UHGV virus genome: UHGV-0171543
Length of the DNA: 19,658 nucleotides
From: a virus
Reading direction: 5' to 3' (one strand)
Of the stretch, positions 1 through 8,432 are shown one piece after another. The notes under the pieces are model-generated. The model saw only the letters and a list, made by a program, of their open reading frames with translations. It had not been told where the DNA came from and made no database searches. Each line of letters starts with the position of its first letter. Position 1 is the stretch's first letter. Position numbers and translations under genes: made by a program.

Positions 1-206
1 TTAGCATCAGCAAGCTCCTTTGTGTATCTGGCGTCGAGTTCTGCTACATCACGTTGACGCTTCTGCATGTCAGCGATTGTGGATGTGGCCTTATCGCGCT
101 GCTCTTTGTAGGTGATGGCGTTATCACGGTAATGATTAACAGCCCATGACAGACAGACGATGATGCAGATAATCAGAGCGGAGATAATCGCAGTTACTCT
201 GCTCAT
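1..206 (-). CDS. Rz: Rz-type i-spanin, N-terminal part only (gene runs off the window start)
   Basis: Minus-strand ATG at 206..204 overlaps the R stop codon (ATGA). Hand translation [68 protein letters not shown] shows an N-terminal TM anchor then a charged helical region, typical of Rz. Position after S and R fits. Confidence 0.75.
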   Translation of the reverse strand, partial: MSRVTAIISALIICIIVCLSWAVNHYRDNAITYKEQRDKATSTIADMQKRQRDVAELDARYTKELADA

Positions 207-700
207 TGCCGCCCCCACAAACAGACTTCACGCTCAATCTCACGGCGAGTCATCAGCCCTTTCCATTGCTTACCGCCAGCATATGTCCAGCGACGTAGCT
301 GATCACATGCGCCTTTGATATCGCCCTGGTTTATTTTGCGAAGAAGCGTCGATGTTCTGAAATTTCCAGCACCAACGTTGTAAACGAACGAGTAAAGAGC
401 GCCGCGCGTTGTTTCCGGTATATCGACTTTGATGTACGGGTTAATTTGTCTGGCGACAGTGGCAAGGTCTTTATTCAGGAGGGCTTTGCATTCTGCTTCG
501 GTATACGTTTTACCGAGCATAATGTCTTTTCCGGTGTGCCCGTAACATACAGTCCATACACCAACGATATCTTTATATGGTATGTAGCTGACGCCTTCCA
601 GACCATCGTTACCACTTGGGCCAGTGATTAACACAGATGCTATAGCAATAGCCCCGCCACCAATAGCCGCAGCAACGGCTTTTCGTAATGATGGAGGCAT
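203..700 (-). CDS. R: SAR endolysin (phage 21 R-type lysozyme with N-terminal signal-anchor-release domain)
   Basis: 165-aa ORF with a Gly/Ala-rich weakly hydrophobic N-terminus ([20 protein letters not shown]) followed by a lysozyme-like domain. Recalled as matching phage 21 / DLP12 SAR endolysin. Its start overlaps the holin stop. Confidence 0.9.
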   Translation of the reverse strand: MPPSLRKAVAAAIGGGAIAIASVLITGPSGNDGLEGVSYIPYKDIVGVWTVCYGHTGKDIMLGKTYTEAECKALLNKDLATVARQINPYIKVDIPETTRGALYSFVYNVGAGNFRTSTLLRKINQGDIKGACDQLRRWTYAGGKQWKGLMTRREIEREVCLWGRQ

Positions 701-915
701 TATTCACCTCTCGCAGCCTTTCTTCTGTCTTCTCTGATTTTGAAGTACAGATTTGTCAGATAGGTGAGAAAGCCCAACACAAGGCTTCCAAGCACTCCAA
801 TCGCAGCCCACTGTGATGGACTGACCTGATCCAACCACTGTAAAAACCAGTATCCCGCACTACCAGCGGATGTTCCGTAAGCAATGCCAGTTGAGATTTT
901 GTCCATTGATTTCAT
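700..915 (-). CDS. S: Pinholin (S21-type class II holin)
   Basis: 71-aa ORF with two TM segments and a charged C-terminus ([13 protein letters not shown]), beginning MKSMDK (dual-start motif). Recalled as matching phage 21 S / DLP12 EssD. Sits immediately upstream of R. Confidence 0.9.
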   Translation of the reverse strand: MKSMDKISTGIAYGTSAGSAGYWFLQWLDQVSPSQWAAIGVLGSLVLGFLTYLTNLYFKIREDRRKAARGE

Positions 916-1033
916 AGCAACGCCTCCGCCAGTAACGGATTGCGTAGTTCTTATATTGGGAAGGGGAAAAAAGAAGGCCGCAGCATAACTATCACTGATG
1001 AATTCAGAATAGCCAGTGGCTACGGCTCAGTAA

Positions 1034-1109
1034 TGGTGCTGGTTAACGGACTTGAACCGCTACCCATTCGCTTACAAGGCGACTGCTCTACCATTGGAGC
1101 TAAACCAGC
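1034..1109 (-). tRNA. tRNA, predicted Thr (anticodon UGU)
   Basis: Hand-folded 76-nt cloverleaf on the minus strand: perfect 7-bp acceptor stem (GCTGGTT/AACCAGC), D-arm GCTC-CAATGGTA-GAGC, anticodon loop CTTGTAA, T-arm AGCGG-TTCAAGT-CCGTT, encoded CCA. One G-A mismatch at the top of the anticodon stem. Confidence 0.6.
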
Positions 1110-1114
1110 ATATT

Positions 1115-1189
1115 TGGAGGGGCAGCGTGGACTCGAACCACGATAAGAAGGTTAACGGCCTTCCGTAATGACCTTTATACGACTGACCC
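1115..1189 (-). tRNA. tRNA-like element, possibly degenerate (Asn GUU-like anticodon loop with C at position 33)
   Basis: 75-nt minus-strand sequence with a canonical T-arm (CGTGG-TTCGAGT-CCACG), encoded CCA and a 5-bp anticodon stem with loop CCGTTAA. The acceptor stem has one mismatch (GGGTCAG vs CTGCCCC) and the D-arm is short and atypical. Lies 5 nt from the preceding tRNA. Confidence 0.35.
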
Positions 1190-1252
1190 AAATAAAAAAA
1201 GCCACCGTTGCAACTTAAGAGTCACTAACGGCAGCTTACCTTCTAATTATGG

Positions 1253-1771
1253 CTAAATGGATAATTGCATGTCAAGACTTTTAACAGCAATATGTTTAAC
1301 TTTCTCAACACGTTTACGCATTTTGAAAGCATTTTGCATTGGTTGGTACAAAACAAATAATGATGCTTTCAGGATGTCGTCAATTTCATTTCTACAGGTT
1401 GCCAGTGAAGGTTTTCTCCATCCCTCGCCACCACGTCCACACATCTTGCGTGGCTTTGCAGTCGCGTGATAGTAGGATGCAATTGCTCGCTTAGATGAAC
1501 CATGAGCGTAGTAGCTGAGGAGGATGCCAAAGGCTTTCTTGTCAATGCACATGACGGAATCAACGACCTGAGAAATCAACATTCCATCATCATCATTGCA
1601 CATTGGCCTTGTCATAACTCTTCCCGGTTCTACGCTCTCCATGAACTTCGCTATTACGCTGCTCATGCGCTTTTCCAGACGACCTGAATAAACCCATGCG
1701 CCCCACAGTTCAAGCCAGCCATTCAGCCACTCATGCTGTTCTTTGGTGAGGTTTAGTTCTCTTATGCTCAT
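1253..1771 (-). CDS. Putative late-gene antiterminator (Q-like)
   Basis: 172-aa ORF between NinH and the lysis cassette, the Q position in lambdoid phages. Contains several Cys residues (MCND...MCID...MCGR...TCRN) consistent with a zinc-binding antiterminator. Assignment is by synteny, not strong sequence recall. Confidence 0.5.
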   Translation of the reverse strand: MSIRELNLTKEQHEWLNGWLELWGAWVYSGRLEKRMSSVIAKFMESVEPGRVMTRPMCNDDDGMLISQVVDSVMCIDKKAFGILLSYYAHGSSKRAIASYYHATAKPRKMCGRGGEGWRKPSLATCRNEIDDILKASLFVLYQPMQNAFKMRKRVEKVKHIAVKSLDMQLSI

Positions 1772-1956
1772 CGTCTTCCCCTCTTGCCCTGTTTGACCAT
1801 CAGGACGCCGTTAACTATTACGTGACGCTCGCCTTTGCTGTCTCGGTTGTACTTGAGCACTGTTCCTCTTGCACAGGAAAGCATCCTCGCCACTTCGGTC
1901 TGATTGCCTCGTGTCTGGATAAGAAGCTCTGGTATCGTTTGAATTATGGCGTTCAT
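1768..1956 (-). CDS. ninH: NinH-like protein
   Basis: 62-aa ORF with the core GNQTEVARMLSCARGTVLKY, recalled as matching lambda NinH (GNQTEVARRLKCSRGTVRKY). Overlaps neighbours by 4 nt. Confidence 0.65.
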   Translation of the reverse strand: MNAIIQTIPELLIQTRGNQTEVARMLSCARGTVLKYNRDSKGERHVIVNGVLMVKQGKRGRR

Positions 1957-2315
1957 GCGTTCTCCAGTTCGGTGATTTTTATTCCAAGCCGTCCGCCTGG
2001 TACTTTCACACCACGAATTACGCGAATGTCATCGAATTGCTCGTCGTCTTCCGCAAATCCGGCGTGGATAAGGGAGTCGAGTAAACCTTTCAGGATGTTG
2101 TCGAGGTCGCGGCGGCGGGAGTCTGGAACGTCTGCGATGACTTTGATTCGTAGTCGTGATTTGGTGAAAATGTCTAACTTGAGTTGGCGGATGATTTGCT
2201 GAACGTCTTTTCGGTATTTCTGGCCTTTATCGCTGATGTAGTATTGGCTTCCCCGTCTTCGCCAGTAGGTGTTGACCGACGGCGGGTATGGAAGCACAAA
2301 CTGATATTCGTTCAT
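1953..2315 (-). CDS. rusA: RusA-family Holliday junction resolvase
   Basis: 120-aa ORF with PPSVNTYW, DVPDSRRRDLDNILKGLLDSL and GGRLGIKITE motifs, characteristic of RusA. Confidence 0.85.
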   Translation of the reverse strand: MNEYQFVLPYPPSVNTYWRRRGSQYYISDKGQKYRKDVQQIIRQLKLDIFTKSRLRIKVIADVPDSRRRDLDNILKGLLDSLIHAGFAEDDEQFDDIRVIRGVKVPGGRLGIKITELENA

Positions 2316-2623
2316 GACTTAATCTTCCCCTCCTTCAGCAGTATCGCCTGCGTCCTGATCACGCCTTCGAGGTGGTAAAGTCTGGCGTCTTTGTTGTCGA
2401 GATTATAGGTGCGTCGGTCGATTTCATCGTGACACGCGCTACAAGCCCATGCGCCGATCAGGTCGTCAGGCTTCATTCCCGTTCCGCAAATTCCAGCCAT
2501 CCGGTAATGTGCCAGAACTGTAGTTTCAGGGTTGCCATTGCATACGCCGTAAATACGTACCTGACATTCTCTGCCGCGCGCTTCTTTGCGTAGGTTAGCC
2601 ATTGTGATTTTCCTTTTCGTCAC
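2312..2623 (-). CDS. YbcO-like (DUF1364-type) nin-region protein, putative metal-binding nuclease
   Basis: 103-aa ORF with ARGRECQVRIYGVCNGNPETTVLAH and CSACHDEIDRR motifs, recalled as resembling DLP12 YbcO. Confidence 0.7.
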   Translation of the reverse strand: MTKRKITMANLRKEARGRECQVRIYGVCNGNPETTVLAHYRMAGICGTGMKPDDLIGAWACSACHDEIDRRTYNLDNKDARLYHLEGVIRTQAILLKEGKIKS

Positions 2624-2939
2624 ATTTGCATTTGCAACATTCCATATGGTATGGGAATGAGCTATCCAGTTCGGTAAACCATTCCCTGCATTCAGGGCAA
2701 TACAAAACCTCCCATGGAACTCCGTATTCCGTTATCCATTCGAGGACCTGCTTTGTCATTGGAATTGGCGGTATTGCTGAAACATCGTAATTTTTTATGG
2801 ATAATTCTTTCAAAGCCATGTCGTAACGATGCTGAACTGTCGAAAGGTGTCGATTTGTTATGACTAGCTGGCGTCTTAACTGGTAATTGGCTTCGATTAA
2901 ATCGTTAATCCTTTTTCCTGGATGGGAAAGTGTTTTCAT
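2595..2939 (-). CDS. Hypothetical nin-region protein with C-terminal Cys cluster (possible zinc ribbon)
   Basis: 114-aa ORF. C-terminus CPECREW...HMECCKCKCDE. Overlaps both neighbours, so the true start may be internal. Confidence 0.45.
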   Translation of the reverse strand: MKTLSHPGKRINDLIEANYQLRRQLVITNRHLSTVQHRYDMALKELSIKNYDVSAIPPIPMTKQVLEWITEYGVPWEVLYCPECREWFTELDSSFPYHMECCKCKCDEKENHNG

Positions 2940-3102
2940 CGTCTTCTTCCTCGTACATTGAGCTATTCGGATCGCTCATCAGTTCTGCGCAGCAGTGCTC
3001 ACACACGTGAACTTCCAGCACATGCAGCTTCTGACCGCAGTTAGCGCACGTTAAAGCTCGCTCGACACTTCCTTGTTCGTAACTTCGATTTTGGTCAATC
3101 AC
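2905..3102 (-). CDS. ninF: NinF-like protein
   Basis: 65-aa ORF containing [38 protein letters not shown], recalled as matching lambda NinF. Confidence 0.75.
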   Translation of the reverse strand: MIDQNRSYEQGSVERALTCANCGQKLHVLEVHVCEHCCAELMSDPNSSMYEEEDDENTFPSRKKD

Positions 3103-3281
3103 CTTGTTTTCCTCGCACGTTCTCTAAGCCACCGGATATCCCACAGGTGAGCCGTGTAGTTGAAGGTTTTTACGTCAGATTCTTTTAGGATTGGCTTGGG
3201 TTTATTTCTGGAGCGTTTCGTTGGAAGGTATTTGCAGTTTTCGCAGATTATGTCGGTGATACTTCGTCGCTGTCGCCTCAT
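3099..3281 (-). CDS. ninE: NinE-like protein
   Basis: 60-aa [26 protein letters not shown]...[28 protein letters not shown], recalled as near-identical to lambda NinE. Confidence 0.8.
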   Translation of the reverse strand: MRRQRRSITDIICENCKYLPTKRSRNKPKPILKESDVKTFNYTAHLWDIRWLRERARKTR

Positions 3282-3688
3282 TCATACCTCCTGTCGGTAA
3301 ATCTGACACCCTGACCAATAGCCCAGGCTGTTGTGTACTCGATCAGACTTGCCATACGCTTCACGCTCATCTGTGCGCTACTCTCCCGAATGTTGACGAA
3401 TTCGCCTTCAAGGCCGGGCAAAACATCAGCTTCCTGTTTTGTTGCCACTGCATGACCGCTGATCAACAAAACCTTCCATTGTTCTGGTTTTAACCATTTG
3501 CCGCACCATTGAACCTGACGAGCGATATCCGCCAGCATCGCGTGAAATTTTGCGTTCTGGTCAAGGTTGCGCTTGTAGTCAGTAATGCGGATGGTGACTG
3601 GCTTGTCTTTATCGAGTGGTGTTGCGAGGATGGCGTTGATTGCGGCTTGCTGTTGTTGCTTAGTTCGGAGGAATATTGTTTGCTTCAC
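3278..3688 (-). CDS. ninB: NinB (Orf) family recombination mediator
   Basis: 136-aa ORF with the [13 protein letters not shown] and WKVLLIS pattern, similar to lambda NinB (RSLDQNRKLWACL). Position is upstream of NinE. Confidence 0.75.
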   Translation of the reverse strand: MKQTIFLRTKQQQQAAINAILATPLDKDKPVTIRITDYKRNLDQNAKFHAMLADIARQVQWCGKWLKPEQWKVLLISGHAVATKQEADVLPGLEGEFVNIRESSAQMSVKRMASLIEYTTAWAIGQGVRFTDRRYE

Positions 3689-3699
3689 TGAACACTCCT

Positions 3700-3891
3700 T
3701 TATTTTTTATGCCTGTAACCCCATTCTTCCAGCAACCTTGCGGCGTACCACCCAAGAAACAAAGGAAAGAACATTACAATGAGATATTCCCCGCCACGGT
3801 CAATGTTCGAAATTGACCAGATTACGATGTAGCCGGTGCAGGACAGGAATATTACAAACCCCAAAAAGCTACTTCGTCGACTCATGCTCAC
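3700..3891 (-). CDS. Small hypothetical membrane protein (two predicted TM helices)
   Basis: 63-aa ORF with hydrophobic stretches FLGFVIFLSCTGYIVIW and IVMFFPLFLGWYAARLL. Overlaps the next gene by 4 nt. Confidence 0.45.
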   Translation of the reverse strand: MSMSRRSSFLGFVIFLSCTGYIVIWSISNIDRGGEYLIVMFFPLFLGWYAARLLEEWGYRHKK

Positions 3892-4208
3892 TCCTTCACT
3901 TTGATTCCAGCAGCGCGGATGTTTTCCTCATAAGCATCCATTGCATCACCGAAGCCATTGGAATAATCAACAGTAAACCCTTTGGCTAATGCTTCTCTGC
4001 TGTCGATAAACTTTGGCGCGGTTATTTCAATAGCTGCTCGCGATGCCTGCCACGTTTGCCAGTGGCCTTGAACATCGTCCATCACGTATTGACCACCAAT
4101 ATTACCGCTGCCAATTTCATGGTGATTTTCAGGGTAACGGATAAGGTCTGAGTATTCGCCTCCACGTCGCAACCAACTTTCTTCAAACTGCTTTCTTGAT
4201 TCGTCCAT
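3888..4208 (-). CDS. Hypothetical protein
   Basis: 106-aa acidic ORF with no motif I recognise. Embedded in the operon between the helicase and ninB. Confidence 0.5.
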   Translation of the reverse strand: MDESRKQFEESWLRRGGEYSDLIRYPENHHEIGSGNIGGQYVMDDVQGHWQTWQASRAAIEITAPKFIDSREALAKGFTVDYSNGFGDAMDAYEENIRAAGIKVKE

Positions 4209-4225
4209 CGATACTTACCCTCAGT

Positions 4226-4432
4226 TCAACTCACAAAACGCCACGCCATTTTTGCTATAGCGACAGGCGCAACACCGATAATCACCCACATGAGAATGCT
4301 ACCGAAAAGCACACCCACCAGGTCTTTACCTTCGCCTACCAACCGGACAAAACAGCCAGCAACCACAATGAAAGTCGCCACCATCCACATAGCACCGAGA
4401 AGCCTCAATGCAGAGAAAATCAACTCAACCAC
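4226..4432 (-). CDS. Small hypothetical membrane protein (two predicted TM helices; GTG start)
   Basis: 68-aa ORF, almost entirely hydrophobic (MWMVATFIVVAGCFV, VLFGSILMWVIIGVAPVAIA). The start codon is GTG on the minus strand. Confidence 0.4.
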   Translation of the reverse strand: MVELIFSALRLLGAMWMVATFIVVAGCFVRLVGEGKDLVGVLFGSILMWVIIGVAPVAIAKMAWRFVS

Positions 4433-4507
4433 GATTTACTCTCCCCCAAATAAAAAGGCCTGCGATTACCAGCAGGCCTGTTACAAGCTCAGTGATGTAG
4501 ATGGTCA

Positions 4508-5944
4508 TCAGAATCCTCCTTTCTTCTTGGACTGCGGTTCCTCGCGTTCACGTCGGCGCATTTCAGCAGACTGTTGGTCTGTGTCATAAATAGCGCCATT
4601 TGCCTGAATGCAATACACCGTGCCGGTATTGCCATGACGATTGAGACGAAGGATTAGTTCGGTTTCACCAGGTGGAACACTGTCATCAAAAGCGCCTTCA
4701 CGATGGATCCCAACCCAATAATCGCAATCCTGTTCAATCTGCCCTGTATCTCGTGAGTCACTTGGTAATGGGCGTTTATTGGTTCGGCTTTCCAGTGCGC
4801 GGTTAAGCTGTGTCAGAAGCACAACAACGCAATCAAGCTCTTTGGCAAGGTTCTTCAGTCCTTTGGTGATCATGCCGTAAGCAAGGTCGTTGCGATCGGC
4901 CTTCTCAGCGGTCATTAGTGTCAGGTAATCGACCAGAATCATGCCAACACATCCTTTTTCTCGCTTTATTCGACGGCTTTCGCTGACGATTTGAGCCAGA
5001 GATAATCCCGGCGTGTCGTCGATGTAAAGCATGTCGATTTCACTCAAGCGATTAGCTGTTTCGATTGCCCTGTTGAAGTCACCATCGTAATCACCCTGAT
5101 AGCCGTCATCAGCGTCATTTGTCGCCGGAAGGTAAAAAATATTCGGGTTAACACCTGACTTCTGTCCCACCAGTTTTTCCAGTATCTGGTCACCTGGCAT
5201 TTCAAGGCTGAACATCAGAGCGGGCTTTTTCTCATGCACTGCGCAGTTGATTGCCATCTGGCTGTATATCGTCGTTTTCCCCATCTTAGGGCGAGCGCCA
5301 ATGACAAACAGAGAGCCTTTCACCAGACCTTTCGGTGACAGCATCCTGTCCAGCGATGGGATCCCTGTGCTCATTCCTCGTTGTTCTCCTGACGGGTCAA
5401 ATCGCTTCTCAAGGTCGCTAACCCAGTCTTCCATGACCTCACCAAATGAGCGAAGGCCGCGACGCGATCCGGTTTTTGCATGGTCTGTCAGTTGCGTGAA
5501 AATCGCCTGAATAGCTTCGTACTTCTGCGTTGCAGTCATTCCGTTGCGGGAATAGAGCAATTCCGTCGCTTCAGTCATGCGGTTGATGGCGTAGCGTTCC
5601 ATTGCGGTTTCACGAACCTGCATTGCATAGGCAACGATGTTTGCTGCGCTTGGCGTGTTCTTTGCGATCTCAGCGATATAAGCAAAACCGCCAACAGACG
5701 CCGTTAACGATTTACGCTCCAGTTCATCGAAAAGCGTCAGGCCATCTACTGGCTTTTGCTCCCGGTGCATTCTGGTTATTTCTTCGAAAAGGATTTTGTG
5801 TGGTCGGCCGTAAAATGAATCAGGCTTCAGCATCGCCAGAACTTTCTGGACGCGCTCACTGCTGTCATCATCCAGAAGCAATCCACCAATCACCGCCTGC
5901 TCTGCCTCGATGCTATGGGGCGGCGCATAAAAATTATCGGTCAT
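4508..5944 (-). CDS. DnaB-family replicative helicase (lambdoid P-position helicase)
   Basis: About 478 aa from the ATG at 5944, which has an AGGGTG Shine-Dalgarno-like element upstream (the ORF track extends to a GTG at 5959). Walker A GARPKMGKT, DnaB-like N-terminal domain, Walker B-like ILVDYLTLM. Overlaps the O stop. Confidence 0.9.
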   Translation of the reverse strand: MTDNFYAPPHSIEAEQAVIGGLLLDDDSSERVQKVLAMLKPDSFYGRPHKILFEEITRMHREQKPVDGLTLFDELERKSLTASVGGFAYIAEIAKNTPSAANIVAYAMQVRETAMERYAINRMTEATELLYSRNGMTATQKYEAIQAIFTQLTDHAKTGSRRGLRSFGEVMEDWVSDLEKRFDPSGEQRGMSTGIPSLDRMLSPKGLVKGSLFVIGARPKMGKTTIYSQMAINCAVHEKKPALMFSLEMPGDQILEKLVGQKSGVNPNIFYLPATNDADDGYQGDYDGDFNRAIETANRLSEIDMLYIDDTPGLSLAQIVSESRRIKREKGCVGMILVDYLTLMTAEKADRNDLAYGMITKGLKNLAKELDCVVVLLTQLNRALESRTNKRPLPSDSRDTGQIEQDCDYWVGIHREGAFDDSVPPGETELILRLNRHGNTGTVYCIQANGAIYDTDQQSAEMRRREREEPQSKKKGGF

Positions 5945-6833
5945 CGTGTTCACCCTCACGAACTTTCAGGTAGGTATTGTCGTTAAGCAGGAAATCAAAT
6001 CCCTTTTTGTGCCAGACGGTTCCGCGTTGATGGTTTGGGCGTTCTTCGAACATCCATCGGCAATTTTCGCCTACGTAGCTCAAATAATTTCTCCAGTCCT
6101 GCATCGAGAACCCATGCCCGTCAAGCTGGCGGGTTATCACTCCGGCTTTGCGCCAGAACGTTCGGATCTGGTTTTTACGCTTGTCATTCAGTGCGCGGAT
6201 TCTTGGCGCTTCAGGAAGGATTTCGTGGTAAGCATCGACAACATCCTGACAGCTAACGGAAGGTTTTTTCTTGTCAGACTTTTTGTCTGCTGTGGCACTC
6301 TCTAATACGTCAGTATTAGAGATAATATTATTATATTCTTTATCTGTGGTAATTTGCTGGTAATCTGCTGGTACAGTATTGCTTACAGGCATTGGTATTG
6401 CTGGCTTTGAGGTGGTAATTTGCTGGTAATCTGCTGGTACAAAATTTGACTGATAATCGTCATATTTCTCTACCGAGAAAACTGAGAATTTACCGTGTGA
6501 AACCCAGTCAATCATGCCGAGTTTTTTGAACTTTCTAAGCAGGTACTGAACGCGATCTGGTTTGAGTCCTGTTTCAAACGCCAGAGAGTTTCTACCGCCA
6601 AGTAGCTTACCTCTGCCTACCAGAATTTCTCCTGCGTCAGTCATTACATACTCAGGCGTATGCTTTGCTTTGAGGATTAAGTGAACCCACAGATGTGCTG
6701 CTTCTGCGTCCTTGTAAAACGGCACATCCATAATTTTACGGTGCAGCAAGGCATACCCCTTACCGCTGCTTTGATGCGGTTGTTGTAGCCTTCTGGCCTC
6801 TCTGGCTTCGGCTAGATTAGATATGTTACTCAT
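5934..6833 (-). CDS. Replication initiator O-like protein (non-lambda allele) containing the origin iterons
   Basis: 299-aa ORF directly downstream of cII in the O position. The repeated peptide [10 protein letters not shown] is encoded by the DNA iterons. The N-terminal domain does not match lambda O as I recall it. Confidence 0.8.
   Translation of the reverse strand: MSNISNLAEAREARRLQQPHQSSGKGYALLHRKIMDVPFYKDAEAAHLWVHLILKAKHTPEYVMTDAGEILVGRGKLLGGRNSLAFETGLKPDRVQYLLRKFKKLGMIDWVSHGKFSVFSVEKYDDYQSNFVPADYQQITTSKPAIPMPVSNTVPADYQQITTDKEYNNIISNTDVLESATADKKSDKKKPSVSCQDVVDAYHEILPEAPRIRALNDKRKNQIRTFWRKAGVITRQLDGHGFSMQDWRNYLSYVGENCRWMFEERPNHQRGTVWHKKGFDFLLNDNTYLKVREGEHDDR
6300..6441. repeat. Putative replication origin inside the O gene: iterons plus adjacent AT-rich segment
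   Basis: GGTAATTTGCTGGTAATCTGCTGGTACA occurs twice (6348..6375 and 6414..6441), each made of two approx. 10-bp GCTGGTA units. A perfect 8-bp inverted repeat (TCTAATAC-GTCA-GTATTAGA, 6301..6320) and an AT-rich run (6321..6345) lie just beyond, downstream in the O reading direction. Confidence 0.65.
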
Positions 6834-6972
6834 GACCTTTCTCCTTCTGCATCAGCTTCACCTTTTCCAACTCAGCCCGGAATCGACCAGGCTGCTTGAA
6901 GCTGGACAGGAAGCGATCACGTAGTATGTGTTTGTGAATTTTGTCCTGGTAAGGACTGAGTTGTTTTGTCAT
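6826..6972 (-). CDS. Small hypothetical ORF between cII and O (48 aa, basic)
   Basis: Below the ORF-track length cutoff. Minus-strand ATG at 6972 preceded by AGGAG about 7 nt upstream. Its stop overlaps the O start (ATGAGTAA). Hand translation [48 protein letters not shown]. Confidence 0.35.
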   Translation of the reverse strand: MTKQLSPYQDKIHKHILRDRFLSSFKQPGRFRAELEKVKLMQKEKGHE

Positions 6973-7004
6973 AATGACTCCTGTGGATTGATCCAGTAAT
7001 TCCC

Positions 7005-7304
7005 TCAGAATTCCATCTGGATTTGTTCAGAACGCTCGGTCTTGCACACCGGGCGTTTTTTATTGGTGAGTCCATCAAGCGCATACTTAAAAGCCCTGCT
7101 AATCGGACTGATGTCTGATGCCATTCCAAAAGCACACAGAACCGAAGCAATAAATCTCCAGTCCGTTCTGCTTATCTTCGATTCATGACAGCCAATCATC
7201 TTTGCCAGACCGCGCTGGGTAAGCGTGGACAGGTTGATGAGTAAATCTGTTTCTGCGCGATCAACGTCGCGCTGTGATAGTTTGCTGTAACTTGTTTGTT
7301 CCAT
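7005..7304 (-). CDS. cII: cII-like transcriptional activator (mosaic: lambda-type C-terminus, different N-terminal domain)
   Basis: 99-aa ORF at the cII position. The C-terminal [17 protein letters not shown] matches the lambda cII C-terminus as recalled. The N-terminal 75 aa carries a different HTH-like segment ([18 protein letters not shown]). Confidence 0.7.
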   Translation of the reverse strand: MEQTSYSKLSQRDVDRAETDLLINLSTLTQRGLAKMIGCHESKISRTDWRFIASVLCAFGMASDISPISRAFKYALDGLTNKKRPVCKTERSEQIQMEF

Positions 7305-7368
7305 TTCTTACTATTTCCATAGGTAAATAATCACTAATACTCATCTTTCGATGAGTGCTTAATTAGTT

Positions 7369-7402
7369 ACCGCGTTGTCGGCGGTGCAGATTGATAAAGA
7401 GC
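7369..7402 (-). promoter_or_regulatory. nutR-like site: boxA plus P22-type boxB hairpin
   Basis: In the rightward transcript, CGCTCTTTATCA (boxA-like) is followed by ACCGCCGACAACGCGGT (hairpin with GACAA loop). A second hairpin ACTCATC-GAAA-GATGAGT lies at 7338..7355. Confidence 0.6.
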
Positions 7403-7410
7403 GGTGTTAC

Positions 7411-7620
<210 letters not shown>

Positions 7621-7637
7621 TTAGTACATGCAATCAT

Positions 7638-7705
7638 TATCACCGCTAGAGGTAAAATAGTCAACACGCACGGTGTTAGATATTTATCCCTTGCGGTGAT
7701 AGATT
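7638..7705. promoter_or_regulatory. oR1-oR2-oR3 operators with divergent pR and pRM promoters
   Basis: 17-bp sites TATCACCGCTAGAGGTA (7638..7654), CAACACGCACGGTGTTA (7662..7678), TATCCCTTGCGGTGATA (7685..7701). pR -35/-10 on the minus strand (AGTCAA 7659..7664, ATTATC 7637..7642). pRM -35 TAGATA and -10 TAGATT on the + strand. cI starts at the first ATG, as for the leaderless lambda cI mRNA. Confidence 0.9.
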
Positions 7706-7708
7706 TAA

Positions 7709-8425
<717 letters not shown>

Positions 8426-8432
8426 CACGTAA

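Noticed and set aside
1-206. Possible embedded Rz1 (o-spanin) ORF starting at a minus-strand ATG near position 6 in the +1 frame of Rz
   Set aside because: Only the start codon lies inside the window; the lipoprotein signal and the rest of the ORF would be beyond the window edge, so it cannot be evaluated.
940-1146. 68-aa plus-strand ORF spanning the S-upstream region and the tRNA genes
   Set aside because: It overlaps two minus-strand tRNA-like genes, has no ribosome-binding site and is antisense to the whole lysis operon; read as a chance ORF.
1190-1252. T-run and imperfect palindrome (GTTGCAAC) immediately downstream of Q, considered as a tR'-type terminator or qut/pR' element
   Set aside because: I could not draw a convincing stable stem or a clear -35/-10 pair by eye. 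The late promoter and qut must lie here by synteny, but the sequence alone does not let me place them.
916-1252. Searched for toxin or virulence cargo (for example Shiga-toxin-like genes) between Q and the lysis genes
   Set aside because: The interval is only about 340 bp and contains just the two tRNA-like elements; there is no room for a cargo ORF.
5247-5973. Plus-strand ORFs (5247..5510, 5480..5707, 5602..5973) antisense to the helicase gene
   Set aside because: They are embedded in the well-supported DnaB-family helicase ORF on the opposite strand.
6348-6441. Direct repeats considered as a possible CRISPR array
   Set aside because: There are only two long copies, inside a coding region, with repeat units of about 10 bp that encode a repeated peptide. 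This is the iteron arrangement of a lambdoid origin, not repeat-spacer structure.
6917-7150. 77-aa minus-strand ORF overlapping the 3' half of cII in another frame
   Set aside because: The cII frame is supported by its match to the lambda cII C-terminus; the alternate frame has no supporting features.
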